Positions 7,638-17,584 are shown, counted from the first letter of the stretch. The stretch: DNA of 64,000 nt from Akkermansia muciniphila (GCA_963611795.1 CAVDSZ010000009.1:11602-75601), one strand, 5' to 3'. Program-made: numbers and translations. The notes: generated by a model from the sequence alone, not told the origin.

Positions 7638-9299
7638 ATGCCGTTCGCAAATTATATCTACGAATACGCAGACGCAATCCGGACGGGGCGTGTCACGGTC
7701 GGCAAGTGGATAGACGCGATTTACCGGATTTTGATTGCCGGGCTTCAAGAAAAAAAGTGGTATTTTGACGCAAAAAAAGCGAATAAAGCAATCAAATTCA
7801 TTGAAAATTTTTGTCACCATTCGGAAGGTCGAAGCGATCTTTTGAAACTGGAACTGTGGCAAAAAGCGATTGTGTCCGCTATCTTTGGCATTGTGGACGC
7901 AGGCGGTTTCCGGCAGTTCCGGGAAGTCTTTATCATAGTAGCCCGCAAAAACGGAAAGACGCTTTTTGCGGCGGCAATCATTGCATACATGACATATCTT
8001 GACGGCGAATACGGCGCAAAAGTGTACTGCCTTGCCCCGAAGCTGGAACAAGCTGATCTTGTATATGACGCATTTTATCAAATCGTGCAATCTGATGACG
8101 AGTTGGACGAAATGGCAAAAAAGCGGCGTTCGGATATTTACATCGAACAGACAAATACAAGTATTCGTCGCCTTGCGTTCAATTCCAAAAAATCAGACGG
8201 TTTCAATCCGCATTTGGCGGTGTGTGATGAAATCGAAGCGTGGCCGGGCGAACAAGGGCTGAAACAGTATGAAGTCATGAAATCTGCGCTTGGCGCACGG
8301 AAACAGCCGTTGATTTTGAGCATTTCCACAGCCGGATATATCAACGACGGTATATTTGACGAACTGGTAAAGCGCGCCACAGCATTTTTGAAAGGAAATA
8401 GCGACGAAATGCGCCTGTTGCCGTTCCTCTACATGATTGACGATGTGGAAAAATGGGACGACATCGAGGAAATCAAGAAAGCAAACCCGAATTTGGGCGT
8501 TTCGGTTTCTGTGGAATTCTACATCGAAGAAATCAAAATTGCCCGGCTTTCCCTTTCAAAAAAAGCGGAATTCCTTTGCAAATACTGCAATATCAAGCAG
8601 AATTCCTCCGTTGCGTGGCTTGACTTCGGAGACGTGGAACAGGCGTGCGGCGCGGCGCTGACACTTGATGATTTCCGGGGGTGCTATTGCGTGGCAGGCA
8701 TTGACCTATCCCGCACAACAGACCTGACGGCGGCTTCTATTGTCATTGAGAAGGACGGAAAGTTCTATATCTTCACACAATTCTTTATGCCGCGTGACCG
8801 TCTGGAACAAGCAACCGAGGAGGAAAATGTACCGTATGGAATCTTTGAAAAGCAAGGCGTTCTGACCGTTTCAGGCGACCATTTTGTAAACTATCGGGAT
8901 GTGTACAACTGGTTTGTTATGCTTCTAAAGGTTTACAAAATAAAGCCGCTGTATGTCGGATATGACCGCTATTCGGCACAGTATCTGATTCAGGACTTGC
9001 AGAATTCCGGATTTCATACCGATGATGTATTTCAGGGGACAAACCTTTCCCCGCTGCTGGATGAATTCGAAGGAAAATTGAAAGACGGAAGCGTGCGGAT
9101 AGGAAACAATAATTTACTGAAATCACACCTTCTGAACGTCGCCGTTCAGATCAACAGCGGCGACGGTCGGAAAAAGCCCGTAAAGATTGAGCAACGTATG
9201 CATATAGACGGGTTTGTGTCCGTCATTGACGCCTTCACCGTGCGTTCAAAGTATTATTCGCAGATTGCCCGGCAACTTGCGAACGAAAAGAGGGGGTAA
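7638..9299 (+). CDS. Terminase large subunit
   Basis: 553 aa. Walker A-like IVARKNGKT and Walker B-like LAVCDEIEAW are present. The C-terminal half is nuclease-like. Position is canonical. Confidence 0.9.
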   Translation: MPFANYIYEYADAIRTGRVTVGKWIDAIYRILIAGLQEKKWYFDAKKANKAIKFIENFCHHSEGRSDLLKLELWQKAIVSAIFGIVDAGGFRQFREVFIIVARKNGKTLFAAAIIAYMTYLDGEYGAKVYCLAPKLEQADLVYDAFYQIVQSDDELDEMAKKRRSDIYIEQTNTSIRRLAFNSKKSDGFNPHLAVCDEIEAWPGEQGLKQYEVMKSALGARKQPLILSISTAGYINDGIFDELVKRATAFLKGNSDEMRLLPFLYMIDDVEKWDDIEEIKKANPNLGVSVSVEFYIEEIKIARLSLSKKAEFLCKYCNIKQNSSVAWLDFGDVEQACGAALTLDDFRGCYCVAGIDLSRTTDLTAASIVIEKDGKFYIFTQFFMPRDRLEQATEEENVPYGIFEKQGVLTVSGDHFVNYRDVYNWFVMLLKVYKIKPLYVGYDRYSAQYLIQDLQNSGFHTDDVFQGTNLSPLLDEFEGKLKDGSVRIGNNNLLKSHLLNVAVQINSGDGRKKPVKIEQRMHIDGFVSVIDAFTVRSKYYSQIARQLANEKRG

Positions 9300-9302
9300 A
9301 CC

Positions 9303-10583
9303 GTGAACTGGTTTCAAAGGTTCGTTTCAAGGTTCAAACGGACAGTCAAAATCATATTCAGCCGAGCGGAATATATGCCGAGCGGCACACTTTACGACAA
9401 CGATATTGTGGGCGCAGTGGCAAATGCAATTGCCTCCAATGTGGCGAAGCTGTCACCGCAGGTTATACGCCGGGACGCAAGCGGAATGACTGTCAAAAAC
9501 GACAGGCTTTCAAGGTTGCTGACGCTTCGGCCGTGTCCCGAAGCGTCCACCTACGATTGGCTTTACAAAATGACAGATACCCTTTTGAGGACATCAAACG
9601 CATTCGCCGTCATTTTCTACAACGAGGACTATACAGAAGTAACCCGCATACAGCCCGTAACCGTCCGCAACCACCGGATTTTTGAGGACGACGCGGGAAA
9701 TTTGCTGTTTCGCTTCGTGTGGGATTTTGACGGGCAAGAATACACCGTACCGTATCAGTTTGTCATTCACCTGAAATCCCGATACAACAAAAAACGATTC
9801 TTGGGTACGTCCCCGGATTCTGAATTGCGCTGTTCGACGGAACTTTTGGAAACAACCTACGAAGGCATACGCCGAGCGGTGCAGAGTTCTGCAACCCTGC
9901 GCGGGTACTTGAAATACAACAACTTCGCAGACGATGATGAATTAAAGCAAAAAGCGGAAGAATTCAAACGGGCGTACTTTTCCGCCGAAAATGAAGGCGG
10001 GATTGCTGCGCTGGACAACACATACGAATTCCGCGAACTGACGCAACAGCCGAAAGCGATTCCGACGGCGCAAGTAACATTCTTTCGGGAAAATATTTAC
10101 CGCTATTATGGCGTGAATGAAAAAATTCTGAATTCCAACTACACGGAAGCAGAATGGAACAGCTTCTATGAAGCGGTAATTGAACCGATCGCCATTCAGC
10201 TTTCGCTGGAATGCACATTCAAACTGTTTTCCGAGAGGGCGCGGGGGTACGGAAACAAAATTATTTTCACGTCCAACCGCCTGCAATATGCCACGTTGCA
10301 AACACGTTCTGCTATCGGACAGGCAATGTTCGACCGTGGGACAATTACAGTCAACGAATACCGCGAATTGATGTATTTACCGCCGATTGAGGGCGGCGAC
10401 GTGCGTCAAGTGTCGCTGAATTATGTAAAGGCAGACGACCAAACCGCCTACCAAACGGGCAGAGACGACGGGGCCGGCAATAAAGCCCCGCCTGCACTGA
10501 CGGAAAGTGTCGGCGGTGTATCGCAGTATATCGAATACCGTTTGAAAGGAGGACGCAGGAATGAAGAAAGTACCGAAAGATAG
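9303..10583 (+). CDS. Portal protein (HK97 family)
   Basis: 426 aa, immediately after TerL and before the ClpP-like protease. Size and order are typical of HK97-family portals. GTG start. Confidence 0.8.
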   Translation: MNWFQRFVSRFKRTVKIIFSRAEYMPSGTLYDNDIVGAVANAIASNVAKLSPQVIRRDASGMTVKNDRLSRLLTLRPCPEASTYDWLYKMTDTLLRTSNAFAVIFYNEDYTEVTRIQPVTVRNHRIFEDDAGNLLFRFVWDFDGQEYTVPYQFVIHLKSRYNKKRFLGTSPDSELRCSTELLETTYEGIRRAVQSSATLRGYLKYNNFADDDELKQKAEEFKRAYFSAENEGGIAALDNTYEFRELTQQPKAIPTAQVTFFRENIYRYYGVNEKILNSNYTEAEWNSFYEAVIEPIAIQLSLECTFKLFSERARGYGNKIIFTSNRLQYATLQTRSAIGQAMFDRGTITVNEYRELMYLPPIEGGDVRQVSLNYVKADDQTAYQTGRDDGAGNKAPPALTESVGGVSQYIEYRLKGGRRNEESTER

Positions 10584-11292
10584 CCTGAAACAGTTTTTAT
10601 CCGTAAAGAATGAAACGCTGACAAGCGCAGACTTGTTCTTTTACGGCGACATTGTTTCCGACTGGTGGGGTGCATGGAACGATACCGACCAATACCCCGA
10701 AGCAATCCGCGAATTTCTCAAAGGGTGTGAAGGTAAAGATTTGAATATCTACATCAACAGTGCGGGTGGTTCGGTTTTTGCCGGAATTGCAATTTACAAT
10801 ATGCTGTCACGGCACAAGGGCTTCAAAACAGTTCACGTGGACGGCATGGCGGCTTCCATTGCGTCCGTGATCGCACTTGCTGGCGATCGCGTGATTGTGC
10901 CGTCAAATGCGTTTTTGATGATCCACAAGCCATGGGCGGAATGCACCGGGAATGCGGACGATTGCCGCAAAATGGCGGACGATCTGGACGCAGTGGAAGC
11001 AGGCATTTTGAATGTCTATAAAGCACACCTTGCGGAAGGCGCAACCATTGAGGACATCCAACGAATGGTCGCAGAAGAAACATGGCTGAACGGCGAAGAA
11101 GCGGCGAAATATTTTGCCGTTGAAACCGGAGAAGCAAAAGCGTATGCCGCAAAAATCACAGAAACAGCGCAGACATACGGAAAAATCCCTGATCAGATTA
11201 TCAAATCCGCGCAAGCGGCAAGAGATAATACCGCAGAAATGCGGGAAAAAATTACACGCCTTGAATTACAGGCAATTACGAAAGGAGCATAA
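10561..11292 (+). CDS. Head maturation protease, ClpP-like (S14)
   Basis: INSAGGSVFAGIAIYNML...VDGMAASIASVIALAGDRVIVPSNAFLMIHKPW matches the ClpP-family catalytic core. Confidence 0.9.
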   Translation: MKKVPKDSLKQFLSVKNETLTSADLFFYGDIVSDWWGAWNDTDQYPEAIREFLKGCEGKDLNIYINSAGGSVFAGIAIYNMLSRHKGFKTVHVDGMAASIASVIALAGDRVIVPSNAFLMIHKPWAECTGNADDCRKMADDLDAVEAGILNVYKAHLAEGATIEDIQRMVAEETWLNGEEAAKYFAVETGEAKAYAAKITETAQTYGKIPDQIIKSAQAARDNTAEMREKITRLELQAITKGA

Positions 11293-11296
11293 CACA

Positions 11297-12493
11297 ATGA
11301 AAACCATCAAGGAACTGAAAGCACGCTTGTGCGAAATCGGAGTGCAGGCGAAGGAGGTTGCCCCCGGCGACGTGGAAAAGCTGAATGTGCTTCTTGCGGA
11401 AGCAAGAGACATTGAAGCAAAGATTGCGGAGGCGGAAGATCGCGCACGCCTCCAGCAGATTGCAGACGGCGCGGCAGAGGGAGCGGCGCAGGCCGCCGGA
11501 GAGGGCGCACAGAACCCGCAGGACACCGCAACGAAGCGCGGCAATGCATTGAAAGCGGGCGGCAAGGTAAAGCGTTCCTTTGGTGTGAAAAACACCATCA
11601 CTTCGTCCTCTACCGTGATGACACAGCACACGGCAAATGATGTGCTTCCGGGCTTCAATCCGACATCAAGCCTTGTTGACCGCGTGCGCATTGTCCCCCT
11701 CCCCGGCGGTGAAAGCTACAAGCGCGGCTTTGCCAAAAGCTACGGCACGGGCGATTATACCGCAGAGGGAGCGGCAGCGGCAACCGCTGAACCTGTGTTC
11801 GGTTATGCGGAGATGACAAAAACGAAAATCACTGCATATTGCGAAGAACCGGAAGAAATCGCCAAACTTGCCCCTGCCGATTATGACCGCGCGATTGGCG
11901 ATTCCGTCGAAGTAGCGGTGCGCAAGAAGCTGAATATCGAAATCATGAAGGGCGCAGGCGGGGCCGGCAAGCTGTACGGCATTTTCTACAATCCTACCTC
12001 CGCCGCCGATGACATCATCGACAGAAACACAGACCTTTCCATTTCGGCAATCGACGAAAACACCCTTGACGACATCATTTACAACTACGGCGGTGATGAA
12101 AACGTCGAGGACGCGGCGGTGCTGATTCTGAACAAACAGGATTTGAAGGCATTTGCGAAATGCCGCAAGACCAACGGCGACAAGGCGTACAAGGTCGTGA
12201 ACAACGGCAACACCGGGTATATTGACGGCGTGCCGTACATCATCAATTCTGCGTGCGCTGCGGTCACTGCTACCGCAACCGCCGCCGGAACGTACTGCAT
12301 GGCATACGGTCATCTTTCCCATTACGAAATGCCCGTATTTTCCGACATGGAAGTGCAGAGATCGACCGAATACAAATTCAAGGAAGGTCAGATTGCGCAC
12401 AAGGGTGAAATCTTCGCGGGCGGAAATGTCGCGTCCTATAACGGCTTTATCCGCGTCAAGAAGGCGGCGGCTTCGTCCACGACCGGAAAGTAA
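11297..12493 (+). CDS. Major capsid protein (HK97-like)
   Basis: ORF 11114..12493. The start was moved to ATG 11297 (MKTIKELKAR) after an AAAGGAG RBS. An N-terminal coiled-coil delta-like region is followed by the capsid body. The gene follows the prohead protease. Confidence 0.85.
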   Translation: MKTIKELKARLCEIGVQAKEVAPGDVEKLNVLLAEARDIEAKIAEAEDRARLQQIADGAAEGAAQAAGEGAQNPQDTATKRGNALKAGGKVKRSFGVKNTITSSSTVMTQHTANDVLPGFNPTSSLVDRVRIVPLPGGESYKRGFAKSYGTGDYTAEGAAAATAEPVFGYAEMTKTKITAYCEEPEEIAKLAPADYDRAIGDSVEVAVRKKLNIEIMKGAGGAGKLYGIFYNPTSAADDIIDRNTDLSISAIDENTLDDIIYNYGGDENVEDAAVLILNKQDLKAFAKCRKTNGDKAYKVVNNGNTGYIDGVPYIINSACAAVTATATAAGTYCMAYGHLSHYEMPVFSDMEVQRSTEYKFKEGQIAHKGEIFAGGNVASYNGFIRVKKAAASSTTGK

Positions 12494-12505
12494 CGGGAGG
12501 CGGCT

Positions 12506-12793
12506 ATGATTACGCAGGAACTGTTGAGCGCCGCAAAACTGCGCCTGCGCAAGACGCAAAGCAACATCCTTGACGGGGATATTGAACAGCTTGCAGAAGT
12601 AGCCATTGCAGACCTGAAACGGATCGGCGTATCGGACAGATTTTTGACCGACTGCGCCGACCCGATCATAAAAGAAGCAGTTCTGACCTACATCAACGCA
12701 AATTTCGGGAATAATCCGGAAAGTGAACGTCTGATGGCTTCGTATAATATGCTTTTGACAAAAATCAAGGGAGGACGGTACTTTGACGAATGA
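12506..12793 (+). CDS. Head-tail connector / DNA-packaging protein (gp6-like)
   Basis: 95 aa directly after the capsid gene. ...ILDGDIEQLAEVAIADLKRIGV... resembles the Phage_connect_1 family. Confidence 0.65.
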   Translation: MITQELLSAAKLRLRKTQSNILDGDIEQLAEVAIADLKRIGVSDRFLTDCADPIIKEAVLTYINANFGNNPESERLMASYNMLLTKIKGGRYFDE

Positions 12794-13119
12794 ACACAGT
12801 ACGAAACAATTTGTCCGAGGACTGCACCGTAACGCTGATTGCAAGCATTGATGACGAAACCGAAGAGCGGACAGAAATTCTTGCTACACGGGAGAGCGCC
12901 GGGCAAAAAGAATTTTTTGCAGCCGCACAAAGCGGGTTCAAGGCGGAATGCAAACTGACCGTCCGGTATGAGGAATACGAAGGACAGGAATTTGCAGAAC
13001 TGCTTCTGCACGGTCGGAAACGTCGCTTGTATGTTTATCGGACATACGACCGCGACGACGGCAAAACAGAATTGTATCTGACAAGCAAGGCGGGTGTTTT
13101 CGGTGGCAATCAGTGTTGA
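12790..13119 (+). CDS. Head-closure / head-tail adaptor protein
   Basis: 109 aa, overlaps the upstream stop, in the canonical position. Assigned by synteny. Confidence 0.55.
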   Translation: MNTVRNNLSEDCTVTLIASIDDETEERTEILATRESAGQKEFFAAAQSGFKAECKLTVRYEEYEGQEFAELLLHGRKRRLYVYRTYDRDDGKTELYLTSKAGVFGGNQC

Positions 13120-13489
13120 TAAACTGGCGGCAGAACTGGCGAATACCCTTTCCGCTTACACAGGAGAAATCGCCGAGGAAGTCAAAGAAGCGGTTGACAC
13201 CACGGCGCAGGAACTGCTTGACAATATTCGGGCAGACGCTCCAAAACGCACCGGAAAATACAGAAAGGCAATGGCGGTGAAAACGGTCAGCGAAAATACA
13301 TACGAGCGAAAAAAACTGTGGTATGTAAAATCGCCACACTACCGACTGCAACATTTGCTTGAACGCGGACACGCCCTCCGCAACGGCGGGAGGTCGAGAG
13401 CATACCCACACATTGCGAAAAACGAAGAAAAGGCGCGGGTTGCCTTTGAGGAACGAGTAGAAAGGATTGTGAAAAATGGCGGAAAGTAA
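13094..13489 (+). CDS. HK97 gp10-family tail-component protein
   Basis: VDKLAAELANTLSAYTGEIAEEVKEAVDTTAQELLDNIRADAPKRTGKYRKAM matches the HK97 gp10-like pattern. The start is uncertain (GTG 13094 or GTG 13103). Confidence 0.7.
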   Translation: MFSVAISVDKLAAELANTLSAYTGEIAEEVKEAVDTTAQELLDNIRADAPKRTGKYRKAMAVKTVSENTYERKKLWYVKSPHYRLQHLLERGHALRNGGRSRAYPHIAKNEEKARVAFEERVERIVKNGGK

Positions 13490-13820
13490 GCAGATAGAAG
13501 AAATACTGAACGCCGTCGGAATTCCGATTGCCTACCGTCAGTTCAAACCTTTCAAGGGAAAACCCATGCCGCCCCCTCCCTATTTGGTGTATTACGCCGA
13601 GAGGGAGAGCGGGCGCGGTGCGGACGGAAAAAACCTTTACAAGCAACTGCATATTGTCGTGGAACTGTACACCGACAAAAAAACGCCGACGCTTGAAAAC
13701 CGCGTCGAGGGCGCAATCAATGAATTTGAATTTGACAAGTACGAAGATTACATCGACGAAGAACGGATGTGGTGCGTATCTTGGGAATTCGACATCTATC
13801 AAAAAATACGGAGGATTTGA
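13476..13820 (+). CDS. Putative tail terminator / tail-completion protein
   Basis: 114 aa between the gp10-like gene and the major tail protein. Assigned by synteny only. Confidence 0.5.
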   Translation: MAESKQIEEILNAVGIPIAYRQFKPFKGKPMPPPPYLVYYAERESGRGADGKNLYKQLHIVVELYTDKKTPTLENRVEGAINEFEFDKYEDYIDEERMWCVSWEFDIYQKIRRI

Positions 13821-13822
13821 AA

Positions 13823-14371
13823 ATGTCAAAGAGATCGGAAACCGAAACCCTGACACTTGGGAGCGGTAAACTTTATATTGACGAATTTTCCGGCACGCTT
13901 CCGGAAAATGCGGCAATCGAAACCGAAGAAAAATTGCTTGGTCTGATTCAGGGCGGAGCAACGCTGGAATACAAGCCTGAATTCTACACCGCCGAAGATG
14001 ATTTCGGGTTGGTACAGAAAACCATTATCACCAAAGAGGAAGTCACGCTGAAATCCGGGCTTTGCACATGGAGCGGAAATACGCTGGCAAAGCTGTGTCA
14101 GACAGCAAGAGTGACGGACGCGGCGGGAAAACGTACCGTAAAAATCGGCGGGCGGGCAAATGACAACGGAAAATCATATGTTCTGCACTTCGTCCACGAG
14201 GACGCAACCGACGGAGATGTGCGCGTTACAATCGTCGGAAAGAATCAGGCGGGGTTCTCCCTTGCTTTTGCAAAGGACAAAGAAACCGTCGTTGACGCAG
14301 AATTCAAAGCACAGCCGCACGACAGCGACGGGACGCTGATCCGTTACGAAGAAGAAACAGGCAATTCATGA
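13823..14371 (+). CDS. Major tail protein
   Basis: ORF 13769..14371. The start was moved to ATG 13823 after a GGAGGA RBS. It is 182 aa and directly precedes the chaperone pair and tape measure. Confidence 0.7.
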   Translation: MSKRSETETLTLGSGKLYIDEFSGTLPENAAIETEEKLLGLIQGGATLEYKPEFYTAEDDFGLVQKTIITKEEVTLKSGLCTWSGNTLAKLCQTARVTDAAGKRTVKIGGRANDNGKSYVLHFVHEDATDGDVRVTIVGKNQAGFSLAFAKDKETVVDAEFKAQPHDSDGTLIRYEEETGNS

Positions 14372-14389
14372 CGGACGGAGGAATGAACC

Positions 14390-14707
14390 ATGCTTGATTA
14401 CACGAAGAAACCGAAAAAGTTCCTTGAAATCAAACTGCTTGACGGGAAGATTGTAAAAATCGGCGCACCGAAAAAGAAGCTGTTCACCCGCCTTGCGGCA
14501 TTGGAAAGTATGCTGAAGGAGGAAGGAACGCCGGAAACCATGTACGACGAGATTCTGACGACAGCCGCCGAAGTGCTTTCCAACAATCCGGAGCAGGAAG
14601 TATTCACGCCGGAAGTCGTGGACGGACTGATGGACATCGAGGACATGGCGCTGCTTCTCCGGGAATATGCGCTGTTTGCTGGAGGGCTGACGAAAGCCCC
14701 AAACTGA
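14390..14707 (+). CDS. Tail assembly chaperone (G-like, zero-frame product)
   Basis: 105 aa, acidic, between the major tail protein and the tape measure. It ends at TGA 14705-14707 right after a slippery heptamer. Confidence 0.75.
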   Translation: MLDYTKKPKKFLEIKLLDGKIVKIGAPKKKLFTRLAALESMLKEEGTPETMYDEILTTAAEVLSNNPEQEVFTPEVVDGLMDIEDMALLLREYALFAGGLTKAPN

Positions 14708-14994
14708 AAATACCGTACTATCCGACAAACGGGGAAAGTGCGGTGCGATACACAACCGTGACGGTCGGTGAAAAACTGGTATCTGATTATACCGGGCTGA
14801 ACTTCCTTGAAATTGAGGAACTGCCGATCGACACATATTTTCTTCTGTTGCGGGACGCTTTTATTTACGATCGGCAAAAAACAGAAGCCGGGCGCGAATA
14901 TTTGGAAAACTGCTGGCGTTTGGAGCAAACCGAGCCGGACAGAAAAGCACTGCGTGAAAGATTTGGAAAGGAGGGGGCAAATGGCGAAGAATAA
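14390..14994 (+). CDS. Tail assembly chaperone fusion (GT-like) via programmed -1 frameshift at 14698-14704
   Basis: The -1 frame entered at C CCA AAC is open and continuous with ORF 14743..14994. 14704 and 14743 are in the same frame and no stop lies between them. Confidence 0.65.
14698..14704 (+). promoter_or_regulatory. -1 ribosomal frameshift slippery heptamer CCCAAAC (X XXY YYZ in the zero frame)
   Basis: The zero-frame codons are GCC CCA AAC TGA. The heptamer C CCA AAC is correctly phased and sits immediately before the stop. Confidence 0.65.
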
Positions 14995-17584
14995 TAGCAC
15001 GATCAAGGGTATCACGATTGAGATTGGCGGCGACGTGTCGCCGCTGTCAAAAGCGCTTGCAGAGGTTAGTCAGGAAGGCAAAAGCATTCAATCGCAATTA
15101 CGGGCCGTGAATGAACTTCTGAAATTTGATCCCGCCAATACCGAAGCGATTGCGCAAAAGCAAAAACTGCTTGCCGAAGCCGCAGAAAACGCAAAAAAGA
15201 AATTGGATATTCTGCGGCAGGCGCAAGCGCAAGTTGAAGCGCAGTTCAAATCCGGAGATATGGGCGAAGCCGAATACAAGGCATTTCAAACCCGTGTTAC
15301 ATACGCCGAAGCAGAGGTCAAAAAAGCAGAATCGGCAGTTGAAAATTTCGGCGATCAATGCAAGGAAAGCGGCAAAGACGCAAAAGGTGCAGGCGACGAT
15401 TCCGAAAAAGCGGGCAAACAGGCAAAGCAATCCGGAGAGGACGCAAAAGATGGCGGGAGTGGTTGGGAAAAATTCGGGAATCTTGCGAAAGCCGCCGGAA
15501 AAGTAGCGGTTGTCGGTATCACGGCGGCAGTGACGGGGACTGTTGCACTTGGGAAGGCAGTCATTGACCAATATTCCGAATTGGAGCAGAATTTAGGCGG
15601 TTCGGAGGCTGTATTCGGAGAGTGCGCCGCAAAACTGCAAAGCATAGGTGAAAACGCCTATAAAGCAATGGGAACATCCCAAAGCGAATATTTGGCAACC
15701 GCAAACAAAATGGGCGCACTGTTTCAGGGGTCAGGCGTTACGCAGGAAAGAAGCCTTGAACTGACAACGCAGGCAATGCAACGTGCCGCTGACATGGCTT
15801 CCGTTATGGGCATTGAAACCTCCGCCGCGTTGGAAGCGGTCACGGGAGCGGCGAAGGGCAATTACACCATGATGGACAATTTGGGCGTTGCCATGAACGC
15901 AACCACTCTTGACGCATACGCCGCAGGTAAAGGCTTTGAAAAGGCGTTCAAAGATATGTCGAATGCCGAAAAAGCTGAAGTTGCAATGGCGTATTTCTTT
16001 GAACAAACGCAGCAGTACGCCGGAAACTTTGAGCGGGAAGCCACCGAGACAATCAGCGGTTCTTTTGGGTTGATGAAAGCTGCCCTGCAATCGTTCGTCG
16101 GCGGGCTTGGCAACGCCAACGCCGACATGACAGTGCTGACACAAAATGTGGTTGACAGCTTCGGGGCAGTGATTCAGAATGTTACGCCGATCGTGGAAAA
16201 CATTGTATCGTCCCTGCCAACGGTTGTAAATGTTCTGATACAGGCGATTTCATCAATGTTCCCGGCGCTTCTATCTACGCTTGGGCAGTTGTTGACGGAA
16301 GTTCAGAACACAATATTGGCGGCATTACCGGGGCTGATACCTGTTGTTTTTGAAGTTTTGCAGGGTGTATTGAATTCTTTGCTTGGTAATACAAAGCAAG
16401 TTGTCAATGTCATCATGCAACTGCTGAAAACGGTTATTAAATTCATCACAACGAACTTGCCGCTGTTTATTTCTGCGGGACTTCAAATTGTTGCCGCACT
16501 GATTACCGGAATTGCGGAAGCATTGCCGGACATCATACAGGCAATTGTTGACATGATACCGGAACTTGTACAGGCCGTAACGGATAACCTACCGCTGATT
16601 ATCTCCGCAGGAATTGCGCTGATTTTGGCATTGACGCAAGGGCTGATTGACGCAATCCCGCAACTGCTGAACGCGATTCCAACAATCATTTCGGCATTGC
16701 TGAACGCCATTCTTGCGGCAATTCCGCAGCTGATAAATGCCGGAATTCAATTGCTGACATCACTTGTCAGCGCACTGCCGACTATTATTCAGGCTATCGT
16801 TGCCGTAATTCCGCAAATCATAAACGGAATTATAACCGCACTGCTTGCAAATCTTCCTTTGATTGTTCAGGCCGGAATTGATTTGCTGGTGGCTTTGGTG
16901 CAGGCACTTCCACAAATTATCACAACAATTGTTGCGGCGATTCCGCAGATTATCACCGGGATTGTGAATGCACTGATCGGGAACATTGACAAGATCATTC
17001 TTGCGGGCGTGCAACTGTTTGTTGCTCTGATTGAAAATCTGCCGACGATCATTGTTGAAGTCGTGAAAGCCGTTCCGCAGATTATCGCGGGCATTGTAAA
17101 ATCCTTTTCAGGGTTCGTTCCCAAGATGGCGGAATGTGGTTTGAATCTGATAAAAGGGCTTTGGAACGGTATTTCAGACGCTGGCGAATGGCTGTGGGAT
17201 AAAATATCCGGATTCTTCGGCGGAGTGGTTGACAGAATTAAAGATTTCTTCGGCATACATTCGCCGTCCACGATGTTCCGCGACATGATCGGTAAAAATC
17301 TTGTAAAAGGAATTGCGGTCGGTTTCGACGTGGAAACGCCGAACCTGCAGGAGCAAATCAACGATAATCTGGACGGTGTAACCGCCGGAATACAGAACAC
17401 GTTCGACATAGAAGCCCGCCGGGGCGCACCGCAGGAAGGTACGTCCCCGGTAAACTTGGGCGGCATTACCTTTTCTATTCAAAACTTCTATAATTCAACC
17501 GACAGAGACGTGCAGGAACTGACGGAGGAAGCAATGGAAGTTGCGGAGGATTATATCAGAAGGCGCGGGGGTGTATTTGCGTGA
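14981..17584 (+). CDS. Tape measure protein
   Basis: ORF 14807..17584. The start was moved to ATG 14981 (MAKNNSTIKG) after a GGAGGGGG RBS. It is 867 aa with an N-terminal coiled-coil region and a long hydrophobic repeat core. Position is canonical. Confidence 0.9.
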   Translation: MAKNNSTIKGITIEIGGDVSPLSKALAEVSQEGKSIQSQLRAVNELLKFDPANTEAIAQKQKLLAEAAENAKKKLDILRQAQAQVEAQFKSGDMGEAEYKAFQTRVTYAEAEVKKAESAVENFGDQCKESGKDAKGAGDDSEKAGKQAKQSGEDAKDGGSGWEKFGNLAKAAGKVAVVGITAAVTGTVALGKAVIDQYSELEQNLGGSEAVFGECAAKLQSIGENAYKAMGTSQSEYLATANKMGALFQGSGVTQERSLELTTQAMQRAADMASVMGIETSAALEAVTGAAKGNYTMMDNLGVAMNATTLDAYAAGKGFEKAFKDMSNAEKAEVAMAYFFEQTQQYAGNFEREATETISGSFGLMKAALQSFVGGLGNANADMTVLTQNVVDSFGAVIQNVTPIVENIVSSLPTVVNVLIQAISSMFPALLSTLGQLLTEVQNTILAALPGLIPVVFEVLQGVLNSLLGNTKQVVNVIMQLLKTVIKFITTNLPLFISAGLQIVAALITGIAEALPDIIQAIVDMIPELVQAVTDNLPLIISAGIALILALTQGLIDAIPQLLNAIPTIISALLNAILAAIPQLINAGIQLLTSLVSALPTIIQAIVAVIPQIINGIITALLANLPLIVQAGIDLLVALVQALPQIITTIVAAIPQIITGIVNALIGNIDKIILAGVQLFVALIENLPTIIVEVVKAVPQIIAGIVKSFSGFVPKMAECGLNLIKGLWNGISDAGEWLWDKISGFFGGVVDRIKDFFGIHSPSTMFRDMIGKNLVKGIAVGFDVETPNLQEQINDNLDGVTAGIQNTFDIEARRGAPQEGTSPVNLGGITFSIQNFYNSTDRDVQELTEEAMEVAEDYIRRRGGVFA
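16210..17110 (+). repeat. Degenerate in-frame tandem repeats (~44 aa / 132 bp units) inside the tape measure
   Basis: Successive 44-aa units, for example ALPTIIQAIVAVIPQIINGIITALLANLPLIVQAGIDLLVALVQ followed by ALPQIITTIVAAIPQIITGIVNALIGNIDKIILAGVQLFVALIE. More diverged copies lie upstream. Confidence 0.8.

Noticed and set aside
7044-8090. 348-aa minus-strand ORF across the terminase genes. The same issue applies to long antisense ORFs 11666..12844, 13287..13961, 14398..15015, 19640..20338, 20920..21630, 23515..24165, 38221..39192, 50389..51315 and 57448..58818.
   Set aside because: Each lies fully antisense to a gene that has strong family motifs. Each has Cys/Arg/Phe-rich low-information composition and lacks an RBS. 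They are typical shadow ORFs of GC-rich coding DNA.
14807-14980. N-terminal extension of the tape measure ORF (the track starts it at 14807)
   Set aside because: The extension overlaps the GT frameshift product in another frame and has no RBS. ATG 14981 is preceded by GGAGGGGG and begins a typical tape measure N-terminus.
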